Assembly (NCBI GenBank): GCA_051362555.1 | Contig: CM120642.1 | Span: 32,674,001 to 32,738,000, forward strand | Origin: Lingula anatina | Taxonomy: Eukaryota; Animalia; Brachiopoda | Direction of reading: 5' to 3' | DNA length: 64,000 bases | Shown: piece after piece, positions 51,485 through 64,000 of the stretch | Layout: each line of letters opens with the position of its first letter | Numbering within the stretch: position 1 is the first letter of the stretch | Notes under the pieces: generated by a model | What the model saw: the letters and a program-made list of their open reading frames with translations, nothing else | Told to the model about the DNA's origin: nothing | Databases searched by the model: none | Program-made: the position numbers and the translations under genes

Positions 51485-53154
51485 TAATAAAGGGAACCGG
51501 AGAAGATCAGCATTGGTCAGAATTGTGCCGGAAGTGACGTGCAGGGGTGTTAGAAGCGAAGCTGAGTGGTCATTTTAACATAGAGGTGAACGGTAGTGAA
51601 GACGGGTTGTCAGAAGAAAAAGAAGTTTTCTAAACAACATGGTAAGATAACTCTCCTTTTTTACGCATTTTGGGCAGAGAATACTTGTAGAAATAATAGA
51701 CGCATGATATGAAAACGTGACACGGAACTTGAAGGTGCAAAATCGTGCTTAATTTGCGGTCAATTTGTTTAGAAATAAATGCTGCGTCGACCGCCAGCGC
51801 GACAAAAAGCGTAAAGGGGAAATAATTCCCGGGAGTCTATAAATCGTTGTCATGTGGAAATTTGGCATTAATATAATCCGATATGTCCATATCTAAGTAT
51901 TTTTGGGTGTTTTATGGTATGGGCTGCAACTACAACGATGTTTTAGAGGTCTTGAAGGACCTTGTGAAAACCAGGAAGTAGTTCGTAACTAACAAGTGCA
52001 ATGTACCGATCTCCGACTGCTGTGCACAGCTGTATCTTTTTTTTTCAATATATTGACGAATTTTTAGATCTTTATATGTCCATCTGGCATGAAATTCCAC
52101 ACACATGATCACACTGATACACCTTTTACACTGGGGTAGGTTTAAATCAGTGACGAATGCCAAGACAAAGGTGACATTCTGACAGCCTCTTATCTGAGTT
52201 AAAAATCACTGACAAAAGAGACTGGCAATCATTTTCCTCAGGCTGGCATTCATTAGCCTATAGAAATTGGTCATGTTACATCTTATCTACCTGTGAGAAT
52301 CGTTTTACCAACTGAGTATTGCATAATAATGTCAATTATTAGTACTTTGAGCTAGTCTTAATTACCTGTCAGCTCACCTGAATTCTCTTTCCGTCTTTTT
52401 GGGAAGATCTTGTCAGTGAAATGTTTTATTTGTCCTGTGAATGCATTGCACTTTATTGTATATTTGTCACCTTTGTCTTGGCATTTGTCACTGATTAGCG
52501 CCTTCCCCAGTGTAAAAGGTGTATCAGTGTGATCATGTGTGTGGAATTTCATGCCAGATGGACATATAAAGATCTAAAAATTCGTCAATATATTGAAAAA
52601 AAGATACAGCTGTGCACAGCAGTCGGAGATCGGTACATTCCACTTGTTAGTTACGAACTACTTCCTGGTTTTCACAAGGTCCTTCAAGACCTCTAAAACA
52701 TCGTTGTAATTGCAGCCCATACCATAAAACACCCAAAAATACTTAGATATGGACATATCGGATTATATTAATGCCAAATTTCCACATGACAACGATTTAT
52801 AGACTCCCGGGAACTATTTCCCCTTTACGCTTTTTGTCGCGCTGGCGGTCGACGCAGCATTTATTTCTAAACAAGTTGACCGCAAATTAAGCACGATTTT
52901 GCACCTTCAAGTTCCGTGTCACGTTTTCATATCAAGCGTCTATTATTTCTACAAGTATTCTCTGCCCAAAATGCGTAAAAAAGGAGAGTTATCTTACCAT
53001 GTTGTTTAGAAAACTTCTTTTTCCTCCGACAACCCGTCTTCACTGCCGTTCACCTCTATGTTAAAATGATCACTCAGCTTCGCTTCTAACACCACTGCAC
53101 GTCACTTCCGGCACAATTCTGACCAATGCTGATCTTCTCCGGTACCCGTTATTA
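51485..53154. repeat. Long near-perfect inverted repeat: arms 51485-52176 and 52465-53154, spacer about 290 bp
   Basis: The arms are reverse complements with only scattered mismatches, e.g. CCGGAGAAGATCAGCATTGGTCAGAATTGTGCCGGAAGTGACGT versus ACGTCACTTCCGGCACAATTCTGACCAATGCTGATCTTCTCCGG. Confidence 0.95.
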
Positions 53155-54286
53155 CGTTTATCATTGGCATTAAGTATGCGAGTGGGGGGAGGGAAACGTG
53201 GCTATCTTCTTAACCGCCAAGATACACCAGCATGTTGCATATCAATAAAATTTTTATTTCAACTTTTTTTTTATTTTGCATCCTGATTTTATTTCGTAAT
53301 AATTACATAAGGAATGTTATATACTGCTTTGCTATCCATTGGTTAAAATGGCTGCCATCCTCAAGATGTCTGTCCAAACGATAACAATCCTACCCAGTGG
53401 ACAGTGTTATCCAAAGGAATGCGCAATCCAGCAACCATGAAACTGGGCCCTATTGAGGTTGTTTGTGATGAGCTCGAGGACCTTTGTTGGTCAGTGATTT
53501 AAATCTGTTTGACGGAGGTACGCCAGCATTACTGCAACCTCGACTTAACCATGCCCTGAGTGTCAGGGCACTATAAAGCTAGCTTCCTCACTATAACTTT
53601 TCATGATGTGGTAGCTTTTACAGTATTGCTGATATGGGTTATATATGAAATCAAGATCGAGCTGGCAATACTGAAATCTGGAACCTTGGGTACTAAACCA
53701 CAAACCGAGCTTTAATTCAGTGTTGCAGAAATATCAATACTCTAAATGCGTAGTTATGTCGAACGTCTTATTGATAAATATAACATCTGTAGACTGCAAA
53801 CAATGGAGGTCCGTCCTAAAAATATATAGAATACGTTGGCGGTACTGGTTAATTAAATACAAGCGTGTAATCCCCTCTCCAGCTCCGGGTGCAGCTGAAC
53901 CGTGAACAGATACAGTAGCACACTGTCTAGTACGGGTAGGTGTAACACGTGTAGTTTTCCAAGAAATAAATCTTCTTCATCTTTCTAGGAAGAAGAAATT
54001 CTGACAATTTCACTGCAGACGACTCCCAGGTTTTCTCCAGGTCGGGCCACCACGGTCTATTAAAGCAACAAGGGCAACGTTTAACAGAGACCATTCTTCT
54101 TAAATTTTATGTTTTATGTTACTTGAGGATTTTTTTTTTCAGATCACGGCTCCAGGGGTAGAAATGAAATAATCAGATATCTCTTCCACCGATGAGTTCC
54201 AAGTTAATATACTTCCTGGTCCAAAAGTAACGTTTTAAGTGCAGTGCCGGGTGTCTGCTCTCTCAAAGGGGACCGCCCTATATATG

Positions 54287-54536
54287 CCTGTGAAAAATTG
54301 TCTCATTTAACGTTCACTTACGGTTCTCAATCTATTCTAGAACATTTGGTGTATTTTTTTTTACAGTTCTAATGTTGTTCTGTAATGAATGTAACAGTTT
54401 GAGAACTGTTTTTGGGAAGTCCTTCAGAATGTCCTAGAACAGATTAAGCACATTTTCATGAAAAGAGAAAAACATTATGTTCCAGGTCAGATTGAGAACC
54501 GTAAGTCAGCGTTAAATGAGACAAATTCTCACAGGG
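54287..54536. mobile_element. MITE with TIRs of about 45 bp
   Basis: CCTGTGAAAAATTGTCTCATTTAACGTTCACTTACGGTTCTCAATCT ... AGATTGAGAACCGTAAGTCAGCGTTAAATGAGACAAATTCTCACAGG. Confidence 0.75.
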
Positions 54537-55766
54537 GACGTTGCACACTAAAATCGTTGCACCCGTGCTATTCTTCTTAGGCACATTTGGGATGAAGAAA
54601 TTAAAGCCCAGCTATGCAGTTCCTCCGTGTGCATTTTATGAGGATATTGTGTGTTAAATAGGCAAAATACCAAAACTATCTATCTACTTAACAGTCCAAC
54701 AAAAATACCGTTAAACAGTGAGTGTAGCTTTGGACTTAATTCTTATTTCACGGAGGAAAAAGATTGAAAAGGTTGGCCTTATTATGATAAAAACCACGAC
54801 GAATGGTGATATCAAATTCCCTTCCAAGGAAGATAGACATCTCTTTTTCTGGTAATTTCTGGTAAAGACGGTTATTATTTACCTAAACCGAGTCAATTCA
54901 AGTTCATAAAAGATACTCATCTTATTCTGCGTATTCCACGTCAAAACATTTTTATCACTTCAAGGAATCCGATTTCAAGGTTAAAGTAAGATGCCACATA
55001 ACTTTTTTTCCTCAACACTTAGACATCATCGACGTTAGGAAATCGGACAGCTGGTCATGCAAAAGTAAAGTAAGAAGCAATTTTTTTTCTTAAATAAAAT
55101 ATGGAGAGGTTGTTAATAGGGCAATAAATTTATTTGCGTTTTCAGAGTTGAGATGGATTAGAATGACATAATGTGGGTAACCTGATACAAAAAGTTTTTC
55201 CCTTAATATATCCCCTTCATTTTCCATTTCTCAGGTCCTTATTTTTGGTTCACATTTATCACTTTGTACATGTACGACCTGAGGTAAGTTCTATCAGACT
55301 CTCTGGTTATATGCTACTGATCTGAATAAGAAAAGCTATTTAAATTATACAGAAAATAATCAGTCTGAACCAAGTACACCTATGAGTACCCGGACATCCT
55401 TATCTTAGGGTGTTCCAAATGAAAATATCTTTCTACGCAGATAGATCCAACTCTGCAGTGACTCTCGCTGAGTACAATCAGATTAGCTGAATGACGGGCC
55501 TCCTCGAGCAGATAAGGAGTGATTAACTTACGTGTGCGGCCGAACGCACGCAAAACAAGTGAAAAAGCTCCCAGAAGCCAAGTGCATAGATTATGCTTTA
55601 AATTAATTATCCTACGCAAATCATGTGATCGTATTGTCTTCATATTTGGTTCACTGTAATACTGAATATAATTGTCCTGGTCACCGTTCCAGGTTCATGA
55701 GCAATTCAACAACCTGTAGTAAAATATGATTAAAAAGAGACACTTTTCTTTACATAGTTTTGTTAT

Positions 55767-58700
55767 AACAAGGCAGCAAAGCTGTCAAATGTACAGACAA
55801 AAAACAGGAAATAACTATGCACAAAATAGGCTACTGTCAATTCTGATGCAAAAATACATTATGTTAAACTGCAAATTCAACATCAAATTTTAATTATCCT
55901 CAACAGGTAATACCAATGTAATTAAAATATGTGACAAGTTTACACTTTGAAAATATATAACTTCCAGAAAAAGAAGTCACGTAGAATGCTTTTCCAACTC
56001 AGACTGCATTTTAGTCCTGTATTTCTTTTTTGAAAGTTTGGCAATCATAAGTAACATGGTTTTCCCATAATGGTCATCATGGCAGCAGCACCCAAAATTG
56101 TGTTTTCTTCTATTCTGATGCCATATTACATAATGGTTAACAGCATAATGACCGTCAATTTTTAATAATGAAATATACATATCATGGATTTTCAGAAAAT
56201 GTGACTAGCATGGGTCTTCAAGCCCGTGGAACTTCAAAGTCACACCTTGAAAATGCCAATATGTGAAAAATTAAATTTTCACAAAATAACTGTTTAACTG
56301 GCAGTAAGAATTACCAAACAGACTATATTTCCTACTGAAGCTCCCATGTTTCTTTCCTGTAAGTTTGAGAACAGTAAATGACATGGTTTTTCTTAAATGG
56401 TCATCATGGGAGCAGTGCCCAAAATAGTTTTTTTTTTCAAATTTTGATGCAATATTACATAATGTTTAACAGCATAATGACCATCAACTTTAATAATAAA
56501 ATATTAGTATTATGGATATTCAGAAAATGTGACTAGCAAAGGTCTTCAGGCCCATGGAACTTCAAAGTCACAATTTGAAAATGCCAAAATGTAAACGAGA
56601 CAGCACTGTTCTGAAATGTTTTTTTTTTTCCAGTGTTGCATATATGCTGAAAAGTGAAAAAACAGCATAACTTCTACATTAATGGCCCCATCATGCCGAT
56701 TTTCGAACTTGACCTGCATTTTATGAATATTCATCAGCTATGTAAATATAGAGCCAAAAAGTAAAACTGCCTTCCACTTATCGTGTTTACAATGAAAGTG
56801 CATGGCGCCGGCGACAGCAACAGTGACGGCAACGACGGCGACGACAGACGCAGGTGATGGCAATATGTACAGACACATCTGTACATACTAACTGTACTGT
56901 TTGAGAACAGTAAGTGACATGGTTTTTCTTAAATGGTCATCATGGGAGCAGTGCCCAAAATAGTTTTTTTTCAATTTTTGATGCAATATTACATAATGTT
57001 TAACAGCATAATGACCATCAATTTTTAATAATAAAATATTAGTATCATGGACAAATAGTAAACGTGACTAACAAAGGTTTTTAGGCCGATGGAACTTCAA
57101 AGTAACACCTTAAAAATGCCAAAATGTAAACAAGACTGCACTGTTCTGAAATGGGTTTATTTCCATTTTTAACACTTTTTTAACATAAAACAAAATTAAT
57201 AGGTTACTGCCATTTTTATAAGATCAACTAAGAAAATTGATGAGATGTGAAAAATATGAATAGAACAGTGTTAAATGTCCAATTTCTTCCATTCTGAGAT
57301 TCTGAACATACTGAATTATTGAATCTGACAAACTGCAATGATATGAGTTTATTTCCATTTTTGACACTTTATTACACAATACACAATAACAAGTTTACCA
57401 TCATTTTTACATAATCAACTAACAATGTTGTAAAGATGCAGGAAATGTCAAACAAACACTTTTATGTATCTTATTACTTAAATAATAAGGCTATTAACAT
57501 GCCTAAGAATTAAATCTGAGGAAATCTGAGGAAATGTGAAAAAACAGCATAACTTCTAAAATAATGCCCCGATTATGCTGATTTTCGAACTCAACCTGCG
57601 TTTTAGTAAGACTGACCATTCCTGTGAGTTTAATGACAATTGAGCTTTCTGTTTTTCTTATATTGTGTTTACAGTGTTGCATATATGCTGAACAATGAAA
57701 AAACTGCATAACTACTAAAATAGTGGCCCGATCATGCTGATTTTCGAACTTGACCTGCGTTTTAGTAAGATTGATTACTCCTGTGAGTCTCATGACAACA
57801 GGCCTAACGGTTTTCCTTAAAATGTGTTTACAAGGTTGCAAATATGCTGAAAAGTGAAACAAGGCAGCAAAGCTGTCAAATGTACAGACAAAAAACAGGA
57901 AATAACTATGCACAAAATAGGCTACTGTCAATTCTGATGCAAAAGTACATTATGTTAAACTGCAAATTCAACATCAAATTTTAATTATGCTCAACAGGTA
58001 ATACCAATGTAAGTAAAATGTGTAACAAGTTCACACTTTGTATATGTATAACTTCCAGAAAAAGAAGCCAATTAGACTGCTTTTCCAACTCAGGCTGCAT
58101 TTAAGTCCTGTATTTCTTTTATTGAAAGTAAGGCAATCATAAGTAACATGATTTTCCCATAATGGTCCTCATGGCAGCAGTGCCCAAAATACTTTTTTTC
58201 AAATTTTGATGCAATATTACATAATGTTTAACAGCATAATGACCATCAATTTTAATAATAAAATATTAGTATTATGGATATTCAGAAAATGTGACTAGCA
58301 AAGGTCTTCAGGCCCATGGAACTTCAAGTCACAACTTGAAAATGCCAAAATGTAAACAAGACAGCACTGTTCTGAAATGTTTTTTTTTTATTTTTTATAA
58401 TTTTTAACATAACACAAAATTAACAGTTTACTGCCGTTTTTATATGATCAACTAAGAAAATTGATGAGATGGGGAAAATATCAATAGAGCAGTGTTAAAT
58501 GTCCAATTTCTTCCATTCTGAGATTCTGAACATAGTGAATGATTGAATCTGACAAACTGCAATGATATGAGTTTATTTCCATTTTTGAAACTTTATTACA
58601 CAATACATGATAACAAGTTTACCATCATTTTTACATAATCAACTAATAATGTTGTAAAGATGCAGGAAATGCCAAACAAACACTTTTACGTATCTTATTA

Positions 58701-60994
58701 ATTAAATAATGAAACTGTTAACATGCCTAAGAACTGAATCTGAGGAAATGTGAAAAAACGGCATTTTTTTAAAATAATGGCCCAATTATGCTGTTTTTTT
58801 TAACTCAACCTGCGTTTTAGCAGGAATGACCACTCCTGTGAGTTTAATGACAATTGGCCTGTTTTTCTTATATTGTGTTTACAGTGTTGCATATATGCTG
58901 AAAAATGAAAAAACAGCATAACTACTAAAATAGTGGCCCGATCATGCTGATTTTCGAACTTGATCTGCATTTTATGAATATTCATCAGCTCTGTAAATAT
59001 ACAGTCAAAAAGTAAAATTGCCTTCCACTTATCGTGTTTACAATGAAAGTGCACGGCACCAGCGACAGTGACGACGGCGACGACAGACGCAGGTGATGGC
59101 AATATGTACAGACACATCTGTACATATTTACTGTACTGTTTGAGAACAGTAAGTGACATGGTTTTTCTTAAATGCTCATCATGGGAGCAGTGCCCAAAAT
59201 AGATTTTTTTCAAATTTTGATGCAATATTACATAATGTTTAACAGCATAATGACCATCAATTTCTAATAATAAAATATTAGTATCATGGATATTCAGAAA
59301 ATGTGACTAGCAAAGGTCTTCAGGCCCATGGAACTTCAAAGTCACAACTTGAAAATGCCAAAATGTAAACAAGACAGCACTGTTCTGAAATGTTTTTTTT
59401 TTTTCCATTTTTAACAATTTTTTAAACATAAAACAAAATTAACAGGTTACTGCCATTTTTATACGATCAACTAAGAAAATTGATGAGATGGGAAAAATAT
59501 CAATACAACAGTGTTAAATGTCCAATTTCCTCCATTCTGAGATTCTGAACATAGTGAATGATTAAATCTGACAAACTGCAATGATATGAGTTTGTTTCCA
59601 TTTTTGAAACTTTATTACACAATACAAGATAACAAGTTTACCATCATTTTTACATAATCAACTAATAATGTTGTAAAGATGCAGGAAATGTCAACCAAAC
59701 ACTTTTACATGTCTTATTAGTTAAATAATAAGACTGTTAACATGCCTAAGAATTGAATCTGAGGAAATGTGAAACAAGACAGCACTGTTCTGACATGGGT
59801 TTATTTCCATTTTTAACACTTTTTTTAACATAAAACAAAATAAACAGTTTACTGCCATTTTTATAGCATCAACTAAGATAATTGATGAGATGGGAAAATA
59901 TCAATAGAATAGTGTTAAATGTCCAATTTCCTCCATTCTGAGATTCTGAACATAGTGAATGATTGAATCTGACAAACTGCAATGATATGAGTTTATTTCC
60001 ATTTTTGACACTTTATTACACAATACACGATAACAAGTTTACCATCATTTTTACATAATCTACTAACAATGTTGTAAAGATGCAGGAAATGTCAAACAAA
60101 CACTTTAATGTATCTTATTAGTAAAATAATAAGACTGTTAACATGCCTAAGAATTGAATCTGAGGAAATGTGAAAAAACAGCATAACTTCTAAAATAATG
60201 GCCCGATTATGCTGATTTTCGAACTCAACCTGCGTTTTAGTAAGATTGACCACTCCTGTGAGTTTAATGACAATTGGCCCATCTGTTTTTCTTAAATTGT
60301 GTTTACAGTGTTGCACATATGCTGAAAAAAGGAAAAAACAGCATAACTACTAAAATAGTGGCCCGATCATGCCCATTTTCGGACTTGACCTGCGTTTTAA
60401 AAAGATTGATTACTTCTCTGAGTTTCATGACAACAGGCCTAACGGTTTTCCTTAAAATGTGTTTACAGGGTTGCATATATGCTGAAAAGTGAAAAAACAG
60501 CATAACTTCTACAATAATGGCCCGATCATGCTGATTTTCGAACTTGACCTGCGTTTTATGAATATTCATCAGCTCTGTAAATATAAAACCAAAAAATAAA
60601 ACTGTGTTCCACTTATCGTGTTTACAGTGAAAGTGCACGGCGACGGCATCGCCATCGGCATCGGCATCGGCATCGGCGACGACGGCGACGACAGACGCAG
60701 GTGATGGCAATATGTACAGACACATCTGTGTCTGTACATAAAAACAGCATAACTTCTACAAAAATGGCCTGATCATGCTGATTTTCGAACTTGACCTGCG
60801 TTTTATGAATATTCATCAGCTCTGTAAATATAAAGCCGAAAAGTAAAACTGCCTTCCACTTATCGTGTTTACAAGGAAAGTGCATGGCGACGGCATCGGC
60901 ATCGCCATCGCCATCGGCATCGGCATCGGCATCGGGGACGACAGACGCAGGTGATGGCAATATGTACAGACACATCTGTGTCTGTACATAAAAA
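55767..60994 (-). mobile_element. Tandem/nested array of the same Helentron/DINE-1-like element
   Basis: 3' hairpin ends AACAAGGCAGCAAAGCTGTCAAATGTACAGAC at 55767 and about 57858; 5' palindromic ends at about 60994 and 60744 and degenerate ones near 59120 and 56885; (GCATCG)n/(GACGGC)n microsatellites; repeated GCTGATTTTCGAACTTGACCTG modules. Confidence 0.78.
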
Positions 60995-61567
60995 TATTGC
61001 ACATAAAAAATCCACGTAACATGTTGGCTCTCTTTTCACCTCAATGTGATGACAACAGACTTAGCAGGGCAGCACAGAGACATTGAACATGCAAATTACG
61101 GAGAATTTCCAGCAGAATCTGACACAGAGTCTTCAATTTTCACTTGAAAATCTGTTACATTCAAACTCCGTCCTTTCCAAGAACTGCACCATGACTTCTG
61201 ACCTTACTTTAGAACTGGTTCATGTTTTATTTATCTGCTCTCATCTCTGCTTTCTGTACTCATATTTCCCGTTAAACTATTCAAATATGCCTCCTAATAA
61301 TATCACCTCTGAAAAAAAAAAGTCATTTCTTAATTTAAATATACTTGACAAATAAACATCATCACATACCAATGTGGAAAAATTTCTTGGTTTTCACATT
61401 TTTCGGTTTTTGTCAGTTTTTGTCAAGAACAAAGACTAAATATCGACATTTATGGGATGAGCAGTTCAGAATTTTACATATCAATACATAACATTAATAC
61501 AGTGACTACTTCTGTTGCCTTGGTGTGACTGAAACAATCATTGATATACAACAAAAGAACAACCTAC

Positions 61568-63550
61568 CCTCTTTAAGAACTGTTCTACTGGAAACTGGTC
61601 CACATATGACATCTTTTTCCTTTGTATTTTCTTTTTCTGAGCACAGGAATCAGCACTGCAAGATAAACCATAGCTTGCTGGTAGGGTCAAATAGGTCTGT
61701 TTGAAAGTTTAAAATATACAATCATAATTCCTGAAAAACCCATGCTTTAGGCCAAGTAAAAACTTTTTTTAATATTTTACATATATAGTATAATATTTCT
61801 GCCAAGATTAAACTGTAAAAACCTGAGTTGAATCAATCCAAATATTTTTTCCTAATATTCTTCTTAATATCTTAGTTTTGTTGTTTTCTTACCCAAATCA
61901 ATTTTTCTTTGCTAACTAAAATCAAATAAAAAAAGGGAAAAGGATAAAAATGTTAACAAATCATGAGACGCCATAACGTTACCTGCAAGTTTCCCTGTCA
62001 GACGTAGCATCATCAGCGGTGTCATTCAGTGTCACAGTGTAAGGTGACAATTCCACATTCCTCACACTGCCAAAGAAATCCGTCACCAGTACTTTCTTAG
62101 GGTCCCGCTGAAACAGGTCTGTCCTCACTCCCACTGTAGATACACAGGCAGACTTTGGGCACACTTTTAACTGGAAGTGTCAATACAAAGATTCATCAGA
62201 TCATAGAAGTTTCAGCAGTATATCAATTACCCTTTTAAGCCTAAGGTGTTGGGTTACTTCAAAGTAAGTGGACTGGACTGAAATCTGACCAGTGCCTATG
62301 ATCAGATTGATAATTTAAATATCTAACTACGCTAAATTTGCAGAAGTAATGTACATGAAAAACCTGAATAGCTCAAATACTAGAATTATATTTAAAAAGT
62401 TTCAATAACATCATATTTCCAGTCTGTGTATTTATGTTTTACTGTGTAATAATCAGGGGCGGCAAGAGGCTGTTTTCTAGATCTTTTGGAAGATGGTTTG
62501 AATTTTTCAAGTTTACACTGACCGCCATTTAAGTTATTTCTTTGTCAGAAGCATTAAAAAACAGAGGATGGACAAAAAAAAGATGATTTGGAAGACTACC
62601 AGAAAATATCTCTGGATCCGTCCCTGACAATTGTCATTGTTTTACTTACAAATTGACTAAGAGTTTTCTTGCTTTCTGGGGTCACTTTCTCCAAGAACTC
62701 CAGAGCATAGTATGTGTATCTATCTATAACATAGACACCAATAGCAGAGTCCACATGGTGCTGGAATATACAGTATTGAGTTATTATAGAACATAATATG
62801 TACATCTGTCTATAACACAGACACCAATAGCAGAGTCTACATGGTGCTGAAAAATACAGAGTTATTATAGAAGATAATATATTTCAGGGATGGATATTTT
62901 ATACCATAAAAGTACAAAAGAGGTTCTAAATACTATGAGCTAAAAATGGATGGGAAAGGGAAAAAATCTCAATGCATCTTGCAAATTATCATGTATTTAA
63001 TATACAGTTAAAACAGACATAAGCCTAGCTTATTTAAAAAAAAAAAAAAACTCTCTGACATTTATTGCAGAAACATTAAAAACCATCAAAACTGAATTTC
63101 AAAATACGAAATTCTGTGATTTTGCTAAAAAGGAGTCCTCCCCGCCTCTGCTGCTAGCCACGCCCAGTATACTTACAGACAAGGAGTCCTCCCCCACTCT
63201 GCTGCTAACCACGCCCAGTATACTTACAGACAAGGAGTCCTCCCCCACTCTGCTGCTAGCCACGCCCAGTATACTTACAGACAAGGAGTCCTCCCTCACT
63301 CTGCTGCTAGCCACGCCCAGTATACTTACAGACAAGGAGTCCTTCCCCCACTCTGCTGCTAGCCACGCCCAGTATACTTACAGACAAGGAGTCCTCCCCC
63401 ACTCTGCTGCTAGCCACGCCCAGTATACTTACAGACAAGGAGTCCTCCCCCACTCTGCTGCTAGCCACACCCAGTATGTTTGGGGAGTACAACTTCTGGT
63501 ACATGGATTCTGCCTGACATGTGTCAATTATAAATAACACCTCGTGATAC
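61568..63550 (-). CDS. PIGK: GPI-anchor transamidase catalytic subunit (PIG-K/GPI8, peptidase C13), 3' exons; 5' part lies beyond the right edge
   Basis: Exons 63550-63433 (YHEVLFIIDTCQAESMYQKLYSPNILGVASSRVGEDSLS, catalytic Cys in DTCQA), 62760-62650 (HHVDSAIGVYVIDRYTYYALEFLE), 62170-61983 (CPKSACVSTVGVRTDLFQRDPKKVLVTDFFGSVR) and 61655-61568 (MSYVDQFPVEQFL). A terminal exon may start at 61308 (AGG TGA). Confidence 0.92.
63130..63478. repeat. 51-bp tandem repeat (about 6.8 copies) spanning a PIGK exon/donor junction
   Basis: Unit CTGCTGCTAGCCACGCCCAGTATACTTACAGACAAGGAGTCCTCCCCCACT, encoding ILGVASSRVGEDSLSVS on the minus strand; one unit is 52 bp. Confidence 0.95.
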
Positions 63551-64000
63551 CTACAAGAAAATAAAGTACTTCTGAACCATTCCATGGCATTCAAAGTATT
63601 CTAAGGCCACACTTTTTTAATTTTATGGATGACATCCTGCGCGCGCACGGATTTTCGCCCGTTCTCCAAAAAAAAAAAAAAAAAAAAAAAAAGCCCCCCC
63701 CCCCAGCCCCCAACGAAGTCGGTTGTCGCAAACGTTGTTATTGAATTTGCAAGGAAATGAGCTTTCTGCGCATGCGTATTTTCGCCACGTGGAAATGCGG
63801 CCACTTTGCTGTCAAATTCATCTCTAGGATTACTTTCAAATTACACAACAATAAAAGTCATAAAGAGAACGGGCGCCATCGTTTTGGATTGGTATGCCAT
63901 TGATATTGGGCATGGAGATATCACCTTTTTACAATTGTGCGAAAGGCTGGCGGCGGCCGAAACATTTCTGTGACATTCTGTATAAAGCAGCACGTTAATA

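Noticed and set aside
57503-61022. Repeated ORFs with TQVKFENQHDRA motifs
   Set aside because: They are translations of non-coding tandem modules of the Helentron-like element, with frames not conserved between copies.
63130-63478. CRISPR-like array
   Set aside because: The units are contiguous with no unique spacers, derive from a PIGK exon end, and lie in eukaryotic DNA without cas genes.

Overview
AT-rich animal (invertebrate-type) genomic DNA with spliceosomal GT-AG introns. Bases 1-46.6 kb hold a duplicated cluster of 17-exon genes for a secreted mosaic lectin-like protein of about 1,140 aa: signal peptide, PAN/Apple, FN3, Caspr-type fibrinogen-like, F5/8C discoidin, SUEL galactose/rhamnose lectin, then two more fibrinogen-like domains, the last split by a WSC-like exon. 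The copies are gene A (minus, runs off the left edge), gene B (minus, 18107-29886) and gene C (plus, 32059-46592), plus an orphan first exon at 13780. They form two head-to-head pairs with signs of gene conversion and of loop-focused diversification. At 49279-51360 (minus) a four-exon gene, largely invisible in the ORF track, encodes a 141-aa secreted protein with the motifs of bacterial type VI amidase effectors (Tae2/Dae2, BPSL0067-like), probably a domesticated horizontally acquired antibacterial enzyme. Directly upstream is a palindrome with near-identical arms of about 690 bp carrying inward-facing promoter and first-exon signals. The right end has the 3' exons of PIGK/GPI8 with tandemly duplicated splice sites. 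Mobile DNA includes an RTE LINE with TSD, an L1/Tx1 relic, Helentron/DINE-like elements and several MITEs. Exon models were assembled by hand and family assignments rest on motif recognition, not database searches.
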